Shown piece after piece: positions 16,945 to 25,825 of a stretch of 31,234 nucleotides of DNA. Position 1 is the first letter of the stretch; every line of letters starts with the position of its first letter. Source of the stretch: a virus (Duplodnaviria > Caudoviricetes); IMG/VR virus record IMGVR_UViG_3300037424_000433, positions 1 through 31,234 of that record. One strand, given 5' to 3'. The translations under genes and the position numbers were made by a program. The notes under the pieces were generated by a model, which did not search any database, was not told the DNA's origin, and saw nothing but the letters and a program-made list of their open reading frames with translations.

Positions 16945-17435
16945 ACAACCTCACCCTGGGTCTTCTGATCTCCCTCGCGGCTTGGATGGCGCCGGCGCCC
17001 GAATATTCGCGTGGCGGGGCCGTCTTCTACGCGCCGGGAGTCATGACGGCCAATTGCCAGTACCGGGCGGACATGGCCGGAGTGACATACGAGGAATGGA
17101 TGGACGGCGCAATCGACGGCGTTGCCATGATGAGTCCGGCCGACCTCGGCAAGACGGTGTGGATCAATCCCGGTACGGGCTTTGAGGGTCCGTTCCGCGT
17201 ATGCGATGCCGGAGTGCGCGGGCAGGTCTACGAGATGGTCGTCTGGCGAGGCGAGGTTGTCGAGGTTGGATGGGACACCGCCGAGAGGTGGGGGATGGGG
17301 CCGTTCGATGGCGGATGGAAGCGCCCGGTCGAGGTGTTCGTCGGGGAGTGTCCGCTGTTGCGTGATCCGTTGGACAACGAACGGCTACGGGCGGTGAGCT
17401 ACGTTGAGTGGTTCAAGGAGATGGCGGAGAAGTGA
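16941..17435 (+). CDS. Secreted protein, possible double-psi beta-barrel (RlpA/3D-like) fold
   Basis: Signal peptide; FYAPGVM, VAMMSPADLGKTVWI, GPFRVCDAG, VVEVGWDTA pattern. Confidence 0.5.
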   Translation: MNNLTLGLLISLAAWMAPAPEYSRGGAVFYAPGVMTANCQYRADMAGVTYEEWMDGAIDGVAMMSPADLGKTVWINPGTGFEGPFRVCDAGVRGQVYEMVVWRGEVVEVGWDTAERWGMGPFDGGWKRPVEVFVGECPLLRDPLDNERLRAVSYVEWFKEMAEK

Positions 17436-18280
17436 GCGTCTACCGACAGATCCACACGCGCATCTGGCAGGACGCATGGTTCCTCGACCTGTTGCCCGAG
17501 GAGAAATTGCTGTTCGTATACACCTTCAGCAACGAGCACTCCACGTTGTGCGGACTCTATGAGCTGCCCCTGAAGACGATGGCTTTCGAGACCGGCCTGA
17601 GGACGGACGCGATCACGCTGACGCTGCACCGGTTCGGCGAGGCCGGGAAGGTTCTGTACGCGCCACCGTACATCTGGGTTCCCAACCTGCGCAAGTACAA
17701 CGAGAACGGTAGCCCGAAGGTGGCCGCCATGATCCAAGCCCAGCTTGCCGACATCCCCGATTGCGAGCTGAAGCGGCGGTACCTGGACGGAGACTTGAGC
17801 CCCCTAGATGTAGCCCCCGTTTCCACCCCTGAGCCTGACGCCGTCCACGGCTATACCGTATCCGAGAAATTTCCGAATCGCGCCAGTAACAGTAACAGTA
17901 CTTCAGAACAGCCGACCGACAAAGAACGTCGGTCGCGCATCCCCGCCGAGTACCCAAGTTCCCAAGCGTTCAGAGACATCGTTCACCGCTGGCCGGTCAA
18001 GAGCCTCCAAGCCGATATGCACGCCGTTGTGGGATCCGATCCGGAAGACGTTGAGTTGTGGCGGAAGGTTGTCCGGGCGTGGATCGGCCTCGGCTGGAAC
18101 CCGATGAACACGGACGGGATGCTGGAGTTCTTCAAGCGCAAGGAGATCCCACAGATCGGAAGGCCGGGGGACAACGGCAAGCCGGCCAAGATGACCGACA
18201 AGGAGTACGGGGAGCGCCTGAGAGCCGGCACGCTTCCCGTCGAGCCCGAGCCGTTTATCCCGCCGTCGATGAGGGCCTAA
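17432..18280 (+). CDS. Phage replication initiator (replisome organiser-like)
   Basis: YRQIHTRIWQD..F..L..EEKLLFVY..SN...CGLYEL N-domain, low-complexity linker, helical C-domain. Confidence 0.75.
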   Translation: MSVYRQIHTRIWQDAWFLDLLPEEKLLFVYTFSNEHSTLCGLYELPLKTMAFETGLRTDAITLTLHRFGEAGKVLYAPPYIWVPNLRKYNENGSPKVAAMIQAQLADIPDCELKRRYLDGDLSPLDVAPVSTPEPDAVHGYTVSEKFPNRASNSNSTSEQPTDKERRSRIPAEYPSSQAFRDIVHRWPVKSLQADMHAVVGSDPEDVELWRKVVRAWIGLGWNPMNTDGMLEFFKRKEIPQIGRPGDNGKPAKMTDKEYGERLRAGTLPVEPEPFIPPSMRA

Positions 18281-18283
18281 CTC

Positions 18284-18664
18284 ATGTTCATCCCGACTCT
18301 TCCCGACCTCGCTCTAGCCGAGATCAAGGCGCACATCTCATCTGGAAAGCTGGCCGTCCACCGGATCGTCGAGCCGAAGCCGCTTGCCGCCTGTCAGAAC
18401 TGCAACGATGACGGCCTCGTGTATGTGAGCCTCCTCGGTGCGGGCCCGTCGAAGCAGCCGATCGGGACGGGGAAGCCGTCCACCTATTTCGAGGGTGACG
18501 GGTTTGGCAAGAAGGGTTGGTATCTGATCGAGAGGACGGCATCTTACGGTTGCCCAAAGTGTTCGGGGCAGCGCGCGCCTCAGAGGCAGGGCACGAGGCG
18601 GCCCGAGGTTCCTGGCATGCTTCATGGCCTGGCCGATCGGGCGCGGCCGGTGGGGGAGCTGTGA
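18284..18664 (+). CDS. Zn-finger protein following the replication initiator
   Basis: CQNCNDDG ... CPKC. Confidence 0.55.
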   Translation: MFIPTLPDLALAEIKAHISSGKLAVHRIVEPKPLAACQNCNDDGLVYVSLLGAGPSKQPIGTGKPSTYFEGDGFGKKGWYLIERTASYGCPKCSGQRAPQRQGTRRPEVPGMLHGLADRARPVGEL

Positions 18665-19866
18665 TCCTTCGTGGAGACGCGCGGCATATTCCGCTGGCCG
18701 ACGAGACGGTTCAGGTTTGCGTTACAAGTCCGCCGTACTGGGGCTTGAGGGACTACGGGCTTGCGACGTGGGAGGGCGGGGATGCTGGGTGTGATCATCG
18801 GCACCCGAGTGAGCGTCGTCAACTTCCGCACGGCGATGGCAGGTCGAATGATTCGTATGCCGACGATAGGCACATCATTCCTGGCGTGGTGGCCGCCTTC
18901 AAGGAGACCTGCGGCAAGTGCGGCGCCGTTCGCCACGACGCCGGCATCGGCTTGGAGAAGACTCCGGAGGAGTACGTCGCCAACATCGTCCAGGTGTTCA
19001 GGGAGGTACGGAGGGTCCTGAGAGACGACGGGACGCTGTGGCTGAACCTGGGGGACTGCTATGCCAGAGACCCGCGCCGAGGCGTGAAGTTCCAGGCGGG
19101 CGCGTCTACTTACCTGACGAATCAACAGGCGGACGAGGGGAACCGCGGGCCAGCCATCCCCGACGGGCTGAAGGAGAAGGACCTCGTCGGCATCCCCTGG
19201 CGCGTTGCCTTCGCCCTTCAGGCCGACGGCTGGTATCTCAGGTCAGACATCATCTGGCACAAGCCCAATCCGATGCCGGAGTCGGTTAGGGACAGGCCGA
19301 CGAAGGCGCATGAGTACTTGTTCCTGCTGACGAAGCAGCCGAGGTACTACTACGACGCGGAGGCGATAGTCGAGGAGACCACCAGCGATGCGGGCAATCG
19401 GCGCGAGTTCCGTGGTGCGGGATCATACACGGGCGGAAACAGTTTTGTGAACGATGCCGTCCGCCCGAATGGTGTGCGGGGAAATGATGGCATCCCGCGC
19501 CCAACCCGCAACCGCCGCGACGTGTGGACGATCCCGACGCATCCGTACAAGGGCGCTCACTTCGCCACCTACCCCGAGAAGCTGGTGGAGCCGTGCATCC
19601 TGGCGGGGAGCAAGCCTGGCGATGTGGTCCTGGACCCGTTCTGCGGCAGCGGGACAACGGGGGCTGTGGCGATCAGGCATGGTAGAGACTTCGTCGGGAT
19701 CGACATGAGCCCTGAGTATCTTGAGTTGGCGCGCTGCAGGATTGAAGAGGCGCAAGTGCTTCTTCCGCTGTCGCCCAGCGATACGAGTGAACCGGACTCC
19801 GCTGCAAGTCCGCGGAGCGTCGAGCTCTGTCTGGGCGTCCGCAAGCTGACCGAGGGGGATCTATGA
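18661..19866 (+). CDS. Site-specific DNA methyltransferase (N4-C/N6-A, beta class)
   Basis: VTSPPY, WLNLGD, IIWHKPNPMPES, HFATYP, LDPFCGSGTT. Confidence 0.92.
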   Translation: MILRGDARHIPLADETVQVCVTSPPYWGLRDYGLATWEGGDAGCDHRHPSERRQLPHGDGRSNDSYADDRHIIPGVVAAFKETCGKCGAVRHDAGIGLEKTPEEYVANIVQVFREVRRVLRDDGTLWLNLGDCYARDPRRGVKFQAGASTYLTNQQADEGNRGPAIPDGLKEKDLVGIPWRVAFALQADGWYLRSDIIWHKPNPMPESVRDRPTKAHEYLFLLTKQPRYYYDAEAIVEETTSDAGNRREFRGAGSYTGGNSFVNDAVRPNGVRGNDGIPRPTRNRRDVWTIPTHPYKGAHFATYPEKLVEPCILAGSKPGDVVLDPFCGSGTTGAVAIRHGRDFVGIDMSPEYLELARCRIEEAQVLLPLSPSDTSEPDSAASPRSVELCLGVRKLTEGDL

Positions 19867-20183
19867 CGAGCCGCCTCAAGTTCCGCAACCAGCCGACGAC
19901 CGTGGATGGGATCAACTTCCACAGCCGGAAAGAGGCGCGGCGTTTCGTCGAGCTGCAGGCGATGGAGCGTGGCGGCTTGATCCGAGACCTGCGGCGTCAG
20001 GTGTGGTACGACCTGGACGTTGCGGGCGAGCACATCTGTCGATACGTTGCCGACTTTGTCTACTACGACAACGAGCGGCGGGCCGAAGTGGTCGAGGACC
20101 CGAAGGGTTGCTACACGGACGTCTACCGGATCAAGAAGCGCCTGATGAAGGCGTGCCACGGGATTGAGATCGAGGAGCCGTGA
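19863..20183 (+). CDS. DUF1064 family PD-(D/E)xK nuclease
   Basis: KFRNQPTTVDGINFHSRKEA, YVADFVY, VVEDPKG, YRIKKRLM. Confidence 0.88.
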   Translation: MTSRLKFRNQPTTVDGINFHSRKEARRFVELQAMERGGLIRDLRRQVWYDLDVAGEHICRYVADFVYYDNERRAEVVEDPKGCYTDVYRIKKRLMKACHGIEIEEP

Positions 20184-20485
20184 TGAGCCGCGATGACATC
20201 GCCTACGCCCGCTGCTCCTGCGGGAACAAGATGAAGTCGGGTTCGTATCTCTGCGACGCGTGTCTTGTGAGAACAACCACCAGGCGGGAGCCGATGAGGA
20301 TCATAGCCAAGGCGAGGTTCAAGAGGCTTCCGGGCAACACGAACATGCAGGCGTGCGCTCCGTGTCCGATGCTGGAGGAGTGTCGATCGTGTGCTTCGGA
20401 CGGGAGAGTACTGGCTTGTGAGAGGGCCGACATGCTTGACGCGATGGGATCTAGGACGCTCCGCGGACTTGAATGTTCGCGTTGA
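20180..20485 (+). CDS. Cys-rich hypothetical protein
   Basis: CSCG, CDAC, CAPC, CRSC motifs. Confidence 0.55.
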   Translation: MMSRDDIAYARCSCGNKMKSGSYLCDACLVRTTTRREPMRIIAKARFKRLPGNTNMQACAPCPMLEECRSCASDGRVLACERADMLDAMGSRTLRGLECSR

Positions 20486-20509
20486 CTAGTGAAGGGAGTC
20501 TGGGCGACT

Positions 20510-20752
20510 ATGGACGACCTGCTGAGAACAAGCCTGACCTACGATGGGGCCATCAAGGCAACCTCCATGCACTGGCTGAATTGCTCCGCGTGCAAGAATG
20601 GCGCAGAGTGCGATGCCCACTTCAACCTACAGATGGCCGAGGCGGACGCATGCCAGGAGTGGCGTAAAGCGCTTGGCGTTTCTACCTTCGCGCCCAACGA
20701 TACCGGGCAAGCAAGTCTAGCTGCAAGTCCCGGAGGAAACGAGAGGACATGA
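20510..20752 (+). CDS. Hypothetical protein (H..CxxC...C)
   Basis: AAGGGAG RBS; bracketed by the inverted bipartite sites. Confidence 0.55.
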   Translation: MDDLLRTSLTYDGAIKATSMHWLNCSACKNGAECDAHFNLQMAEADACQEWRKALGVSTFAPNDTGQASLAASPGGNERT

Positions 20753-20862
20753 TGGGCACCTGTGATTGCATCTTCTGTCGGTTACTCGAGGCGGCCATCG
20801 CGCTCATTGAGCGCCTCATTGGCTTTGAGGGAGTTGAGGGGAAGGAGTCGGAAGATGGATGA
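20749..20862 (+). CDS. Small hypothetical protein (37 aa)
   Basis: Read by hand: MMGTCDCIFCRLL...; GAGG RBS; overlaps both neighbours. Confidence 0.35.
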   Translation: MMGTCDCIFCRLLEAAIALIERLIGFEGVEGKESEDG

Positions 20863-21340
20863 CGCCATTGCCGTCAGTTTCAACGTGGACTGGTTCGATG
20901 CCAATGTGAGCACGCCAAAGATGCGCCAGCTTGAAGCCGACCTCTCCGAAGCCCGCCGCCAGTTGGCGGATGCGGAAGCAAGTGCCAAGAAGGCCAACGA
21001 AGACGCTGGCATGTACCTGTGGGAGGCGGGCCAGTGGAAAAGCCAATGTACCAAGGCGGAAGTGAAGCTGTCTGCCGCTCAAGGACGGGCCCTGTTGGAT
21101 AAGATTGATCGCATGGCCGCGGAGGTTGAGCGCGATGTAATCCAAGACAAGTTGTCTGCCGCTCAAAGGGATTTGGCCGAGGCGCGCGGCATTGCCAATG
21201 AACTCTTCGCGTATACGCGGGCGCTGCGCGATCCGAAGACCCTTCTCTACTTTGATGCATTCCGCCTTGGCGACTGGAGCGGGGTCGGGGCCGCGTATAT
21301 TCGTATTCGCCCCGAAGTGCGCAAGGAGATCGAGCGGTGA
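20855..21340 (+). CDS. Coiled-coil hypothetical protein
   Basis: AAGGAG RBS; heptad pattern with repeated KLSAAQ. Confidence 0.55.
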   Translation: MDDAIAVSFNVDWFDANVSTPKMRQLEADLSEARRQLADAEASAKKANEDAGMYLWEAGQWKSQCTKAEVKLSAAQGRALLDKIDRMAAEVERDVIQDKLSAAQRDLAEARGIANELFAYTRALRDPKTLLYFDAFRLGDWSGVGAAYIRIRPEVRKEIER

Positions 21341-21603
21341 TCTGCCTTTGTGGACACGCCCTGAAGCCATGCCATACCGACAACTCGGGCGCGTGCCGCG
21401 TTCAGGCATGCAAATGTCTCCAATTCGAGGAAGGAGTTCCGAATGCTCTGGATGCTGTGGTACGCGGACCAGCCGAAGTCCTTGGGGGAGAGAGTCTCGA
21501 GAGCGGCAGCCTACTACCAGACGAAGTACGGCCGGAAGCCGACGAGGTGTCTGATCCCGATGAGCGAGGAGATCGATGGAGCACCCGACGGGATCTTGCT
21601 TGA
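21337..21603 (+). CDS. Small Cys/His Zn-binding protein (3' part overlaps next gene)
   Basis: AAGGAG RBS; CLCGH...H...C...CKC.QF. Confidence 0.45.
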   Translation: MICLCGHALKPCHTDNSGACRVQACKCLQFEEGVPNALDAVVRGPAEVLGGESLESGSLLPDEVRPEADEVSDPDERGDRWSTRRDLA

Positions 21604-21652
21604 ACCGAAAGGGAATGTCCTCCGCAATCACCTGATGGTGGGGGAGGGATGA
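21443..21652 (+). CDS. Hypothetical phage protein
   Basis: AAGGAG RBS; MLW...AAAYY..KYG..P..C pattern recalled from Chloroflexota phage proteins. Confidence 0.6.
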   Translation: MLWMLWYADQPKSLGERVSRAAAYYQTKYGRKPTRCLIPMSEEIDGAPDGILLEPKGNVLRNHLMVGEG

Positions 21653-21858
21653 GCGCCGAGGGCGATGTCTTTCGGAAGGTTCGCATGAGCCCCGAGCTGA
21701 TGGAGCAGTTGTGCACGCGAGACCACCTCGGCAATCGCCTCCGAGTGGAATGGGGAGAGCCGGATGGCGAGGGCTTCTACACACCGACGATCTGTGTTGA
21801 CTACTCGGACAACCCATTCCGGGGGGCCATCCAGCGGGCTGGAGAGGAGCCGATCTGA
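21649..21858 (+). CDS. Hypothetical protein
   Basis: GGAGG RBS; ATGA overlap. Confidence 0.55.
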   Translation: MSAEGDVFRKVRMSPELMEQLCTRDHLGNRLRVEWGEPDGEGFYTPTICVDYSDNPFRGAIQRAGEEPI

Positions 21859-22025
21859 TGCGATTCATCAAGAAACTCGACCTCCGCCACCTGAGCGTCG
21901 CCATCCACCGACTTGGAGGGCAGACCTTGGGGACGGGCTGGCTGTTCGGGGATCGCCTGTTCGTCGGGTTCGTGAGGATCGGCCGGAGGATGCGGCCGGT
22001 CAGGATGAAGCATGGGAGGCGCTGA
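21858..22025 (+). CDS. Small basic hypothetical protein (55 aa)
   Basis: Read by hand: MRFIKKLDLRH...; GAGGAG RBS; TGATG overlaps on both sides. Confidence 0.45.
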   Translation: MRFIKKLDLRHLSVAIHRLGGQTLGTGWLFGDRLFVGFVRIGRRMRPVRMKHGRR

Positions 22026-22273
22026 TGGATGATCCCGCCGCCCTCGCCCTCGAGGCCGCTCAGCTCCGCACGACCGGAGAGCGCTACACCCACATCGAGG
22101 CCGCGGCCAGGGTGATGTACCACCTGGACCGTGGGGAGGTGATGACACCGGCTCTCGTCGCGGCGATGACGGGTTGGACTCGCCACGACGCCCGGAGACT
22201 TCTGATGCGCATGTCCCGGGTGGTCCCGATCTACCCGGATGGAGGCAAGTGGCAGATGTGCCGCGATCCGTAG
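22025..22273 (+). CDS. Winged-helix protein, possible late-gene regulator
   Basis: MTPALVAAMTGWTRHDARRLLMRMSR; last gene before the packaging module. Confidence 0.55.
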   Translation: MDDPAALALEAAQLRTTGERYTHIEAAARVMYHLDRGEVMTPALVAAMTGWTRHDARRLLMRMSRVVPIYPDGGKWQMCRDP

Positions 22274-22309
22274 GCCGGGGGCCTCATCTGGCACCTCCGT
22301 ATGCTAGCG

Positions 22310-22340
22310 TGGAGCCGTAGACCGGCTCCATTTCGTTTCT
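22310..22340 (+). terminator. Intrinsic terminator between early and late regions
   Basis: TGGAGCCG-TAGAC-CGGCTCCA followed by TTTCGTTTCT. Confidence 0.65.
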
Positions 22341-22457
22341 GATTGGAGCCGCGGCCGGATACCGGGACAGGGCCATGCCCAAATCAGCTCGGAACACTAA
22401 GGCCGGCCGAGGCCCGCACCCCGCGGGTTCTTGGCGTGTTACGCAGAAAAGCTGACG

Positions 22458-22940
22458 ATGCCGCGTGCGCAGATAAAGGGCAGGGGCAAACCATTCAAGA
22501 AGGGCGCGGACCCTCGCCGCAATGTTCTCGGCAGGCCCAGGACGGAAGAGAGCTGGGCACCGAACCTGCGCGAGGCTCTTTCGCTTTCGCCGAAGGAGCT
22601 TGCCACGATCTACCCGGTGCTCAAGCCGATGCTTCAGTCGGCCAATGCCGCAACCATCACCGTTCCGTCCATCAAGGCCATCTGTGCCCGCATTGTGGCG
22701 GCGCTGCTCTTCGAGCCGACTGCGAGCCTGGCCTCATTCGTTGCCGATCGCGTCGACGGCAAGGTGCCTCTCCCGGTGGACGTGTCGATGACGTGGCGGC
22801 AGGAGTTGGAACGCCTTGGTTATGACCCGGACGAGTTCAAGTCGCGGGCGGTCGAGCAGTTCTCCGCCCTCGTTGCCTCCTATTCCGCCGGCGATCATAG
22901 AGCAGGTGATGGAGGCGGCGTGGAAAGAGGCGAGGCATAG
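22458..22940 (+). CDS. terS: Terminase small subunit (DUF5681-like N-terminus)
   Basis: GKPFKKGADPRRNVLGRP and DRVDGKV motifs; precedes terL. Confidence 0.75.
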   Translation: MPRAQIKGRGKPFKKGADPRRNVLGRPRTEESWAPNLREALSLSPKELATIYPVLKPMLQSANAATITVPSIKAICARIVAALLFEPTASLASFVADRVDGKVPLPVDVSMTWRQELERLGYDPDEFKSRAVEQFSALVASYSAGDHRAGDGGGVERGEA

Positions 22941-24303
22941 GGCGGCCGTTGGCTGGCTGGCCTATCGCGACGACCCGGTAGGATTCGTCCGCGACATTCT
23001 GCGCGGCGACACGGCACCTTATCAACTCGAAGCGCTTGAGAAACTACGGGGCCGCAGGCGCGCCGCCATTCGGGGGCCTCACGGACTGGGGAAGACAACC
23101 CTTGCCGCGTGGGCCGTCCTGTGGTTCGCCTGCACGAGACCTGACGACACGAAGATCCCGACGACCGCATCGGCCTGGAGGCAACTCAAGGAGTACCTCT
23201 GGCCCGAGATCCACAAGTGGGTGCGCAAGGCCGACTGGGCAAGGTGGGAGGCTCTCGGAGGAACACGGCCGGAGATGCTGCAGGAGAAGCTCCGGGTCGG
23301 GGATGGTTGCGAAGCGTTTGCGTTGGCCTCAGACACCCCGGCTCTGATTGAGGGAGCACATGGGGCGAACCTGCTCTATGTGTTCGACGAGGCGAAAGAG
23401 ATTCCCGGAGAGACATGGGACGCGGCGGAGGGCGCGTTTGCGACCGGAGACGCCTACTGGCTGGCCATCTCAACTCCTGGACCAAGAGGGGGCAGGTTCT
23501 ACGACATCCACCGGAGGGCGCCGGGACTGGGCGACTGGTGGGTGCGGCATGTCAAGCTCGAAGAGGCAATCGCGGCCGGCCGCATCAGCGCTGAGTGGGC
23601 CGAGGCGAGACGTGAGCAGTGGGGTGAAAGCAGCCCGGTCTATCAGGCCCGCGTCTTGGGCGAGTTCCCGGAGCAGGCCGAGGACCAACTCATCAGCCTC
23701 GCGTGGGTGGAGCGGGCAAGGCAGAACGACCTCTCGGCAGAGCTTGAAACGGACGAGGGCAAGAAGTGGAAGCAGATCGCCGGCGTCGACGTGGCGAGGT
23801 TCGGGGACGATGACAGCGCCATGTTCCGCCGGGTTGGCCCGGTCGTTCTCATGGCCGAGACCTGGCACGGGAACGACCTCATGGCGACGACGGGAAGGGT
23901 AGTCGCCTCCAAGTTGCCCGCCAACGTAGACGTGATCGGCATGGGCGGCGGGGTAGTGGACAGGCTGCACGAGCTCAAGCACCCGGCCTACGGGGTGAAC
24001 GTGGCCGAGGCGGCGAAGGACTCGGAGCACTTCCAGAACCTGAGGGCGGAACTGTACTGGGAGATTCGAGAGCGCTTCAGAGACGGGAAGATCGACCTGA
24101 CGAGATTGTCCGAGGCGATGTACGACCGCCTCGTTGGGGAGTTGACGGCGATCAAGTTCCAGTACACGAGCGCCGGGAAGCTGAAGCTTGAACCTAAGGA
24201 CGAAATGCGGAAACGACTGGGACGAAGCCCCGACCTTGCTGATGCCCTTGTCCTTGCCTACGCCAGCGGCCGAGGCGGCGGGGCCTCATTGGTGAGCTTC
24301 TAA
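22816..24303 (+). CDS. terL: Terminase large subunit (start uncertain, 22816-22909)
   Basis: Walker A GPHGLGKT, Walker B YVFDEA, ISTP, GVDVARFGDD, SPDLADA. Confidence 0.95.
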   Translation: MVMTRTSSSRGRSSSSPPSLPPIPPAIIEQVMEAAWKEARHRAAVGWLAYRDDPVGFVRDILRGDTAPYQLEALEKLRGRRRAAIRGPHGLGKTTLAAWAVLWFACTRPDDTKIPTTASAWRQLKEYLWPEIHKWVRKADWARWEALGGTRPEMLQEKLRVGDGCEAFALASDTPALIEGAHGANLLYVFDEAKEIPGETWDAAEGAFATGDAYWLAISTPGPRGGRFYDIHRRAPGLGDWWVRHVKLEEAIAAGRISAEWAEARREQWGESSPVYQARVLGEFPEQAEDQLISLAWVERARQNDLSAELETDEGKKWKQIAGVDVARFGDDDSAMFRRVGPVVLMAETWHGNDLMATTGRVVASKLPANVDVIGMGGGVVDRLHELKHPAYGVNVAEAAKDSEHFQNLRAELYWEIRERFRDGKIDLTRLSEAMYDRLVGELTAIKFQYTSAGKLKLEPKDEMRKRLGRSPDLADALVLAYASGRGGGASLVSF

Positions 24304-24304
24304 C

Positions 24305-25825
24305 ATGACCTTCATCGATGAACTTGCGAGACGCATGGGCTACAGGAAGGCCGCGATGGGACCTCTCCCCGGATGGTTGAGCGCGTCCGCCGAACAGGAC
24401 AAGTTCAATCTGCCGGACCCGTCGCGGATCACCGCCCAGGCCGACCTGTTCCAGAAGCTCTCGTGGGTGCATCTGGCCGTGTCCCTCGTGGCGACCTCCT
24501 GTGCCGCGGTGGACTTCACGGTCAGGAAGGACAAGGACGACGTTCCCGATCATCCCTTCCTCGAGCTCCTACGTCATCCGAACCCTATGCAGTCCCGCCT
24601 GGAGTTCCTTGAGTCGACCTTCGCGTTCCGCGCGCTGACCGGCAACGCGTACTGGTGGCTCAACAAATCGAGCGACGGCGCGCCGCCTGACGAGTTGTGG
24701 ATCATCCCGCCGAACCAGATTGAGCCCGTCCCTGATGGGAAGCTCTACCTGAAGGGCTACCTGTACGACCCGGGCGACGGGGTGAAACGACCGCTCGAAC
24801 CGTGGGAGGTTGTCCACTTCAAGAAGTTCCACCCGCTCAATCGGTACGTTGGTCTGTCCCCGATCGAGGCTGCTTCAATGGTGGCGGCCGGCGACCTCCA
24901 GATGCAGAAGTGGAACGCCCGGTTCTTTGGCGAGTCCAACGCCAAGCTCCCGAGCGTCCTTGCATTTGCTGACTTCGTTCCCGACGACGAGTGGGAGCGC
25001 CTGAAGAAAGAGGCGCGGGACAGGTCGCAGACACGCGAGATGATGATGCTGCGCAACGTCGGAAAGGGTGGCGTTGAGTGGATCAGGGCATCGGCCTCGC
25101 AGAAGGACATGGAGTTCATGGGCGGCCGGAAGGCCAACCGCGAGGAGTTGCTGTCGATCTTCGCGCCTGGCTTGGCGTCAATGATCGACGTGAATGCCAC
25201 CGAGGCCAACGCGGTAGCCGGGAAGGAGACCTTCACCGCGTTCTCGATCTGGCCCGCATTGGTAGCGGTGGCGGAGAAGGCCACGAATGACGTTCTGCCT
25301 CTCTATGGGGACCATCTGGTTGGTGAGTTTGAGGACATCCGGATCACCAACCGCGAGGCCGAGCTGCTGGAGCAGGCCGAGTACGCCAAGACGCACACCG
25401 TGGACGAGATCCGCGAGGAGTATTACGGCGACAAGCCACTGGGAGATGAGCGCGGCCTGATGCTCCCGGCGGAGATCAACAAGCCCGTCCCGGCGCCCAC
25501 TGAGCCAGCTGCTCCCGCAGGGGTGATGTCAGAGGCGCGGGCCGAGGTCATCACAGAGGAACCCACAGAGGCGGAGCGCAAGGAGCTCGAGGCGTGGGAG
25601 AAGTTCACGGCGAAGATGCTGCGCCTCGGCAAAGAGGGGCGCGAATTCGGGTCTCATATCCTTCGGGCGGAGATACGAGAGAGGGTCTCTGCTGGTCTCA
25701 AGACCGCCAAGACGCGCGGGGAAATAAGGGCCGTGTTCGCCCGTGAGGAACCGAAAGCAGACGAACTTACCCAACTGAAGGACGCATTGCTCGAAGCTGC
25801 TAAGGCGCTTCGGGAGACGGCATGA
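24305..25825 (+). CDS. Portal protein (HK97-type)
   Basis: HPFLELLRHPNP, LTGNAYW, EVVHFK..HPL..YVGLSP, TVDEIRE..YG..PL. Confidence 0.93.
   Translation: MTFIDELARRMGYRKAAMGPLPGWLSASAEQDKFNLPDPSRITAQADLFQKLSWVHLAVSLVATSCAAVDFTVRKDKDDVPDHPFLELLRHPNPMQSRLEFLESTFAFRALTGNAYWWLNKSSDGAPPDELWIIPPNQIEPVPDGKLYLKGYLYDPGDGVKRPLEPWEVVHFKKFHPLNRYVGLSPIEAASMVAAGDLQMQKWNARFFGESNAKLPSVLAFADFVPDDEWERLKKEARDRSQTREMMMLRNVGKGGVEWIRASASQKDMEFMGGRKANREELLSIFAPGLASMIDVNATEANAVAGKETFTAFSIWPALVAVAEKATNDVLPLYGDHLVGEFEDIRITNREAELLEQAEYAKTHTVDEIREEYYGDKPLGDERGLMLPAEINKPVPAPTEPAAPAGVMSEARAEVITEEPTEAERKELEAWEKFTAKMLRLGKEGREFGSHILRAEIRERVSAGLKTAKTRGEIRAVFAREEPKADELTQLKDALLEAAKALRETA

Larger units (their letters stand above)
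19771..20730. repeat. Three related bipartite sites (19771-19821 direct, 20455-20507 inverted, 20691-20730 direct)
   Basis: GCCCARCGATAC-N16-GCTGCAAGTCC twice; perfect 17-bp inverted repeat 19805-19821/20455-20471 plus TCGCCCAG/CTGGGCGA. Confidence 0.6.

Noticed and set aside
21064-21170. Direct repeat AAGYTGTCTGCCGCTCAA
   Set aside because: In-frame coiled-coil duplication (KLSAAQ), not a separate element
20816-22294. 492-aa minus-strand ORF and other long antisense ORFs (e.g. 114..1127, 11818..12654, 30157..30777)
   Set aside because: Shadow frames of high-GC genes with Arg/Pro-rich composition and no motifs; the opposite strand has coupled genes with RBSs
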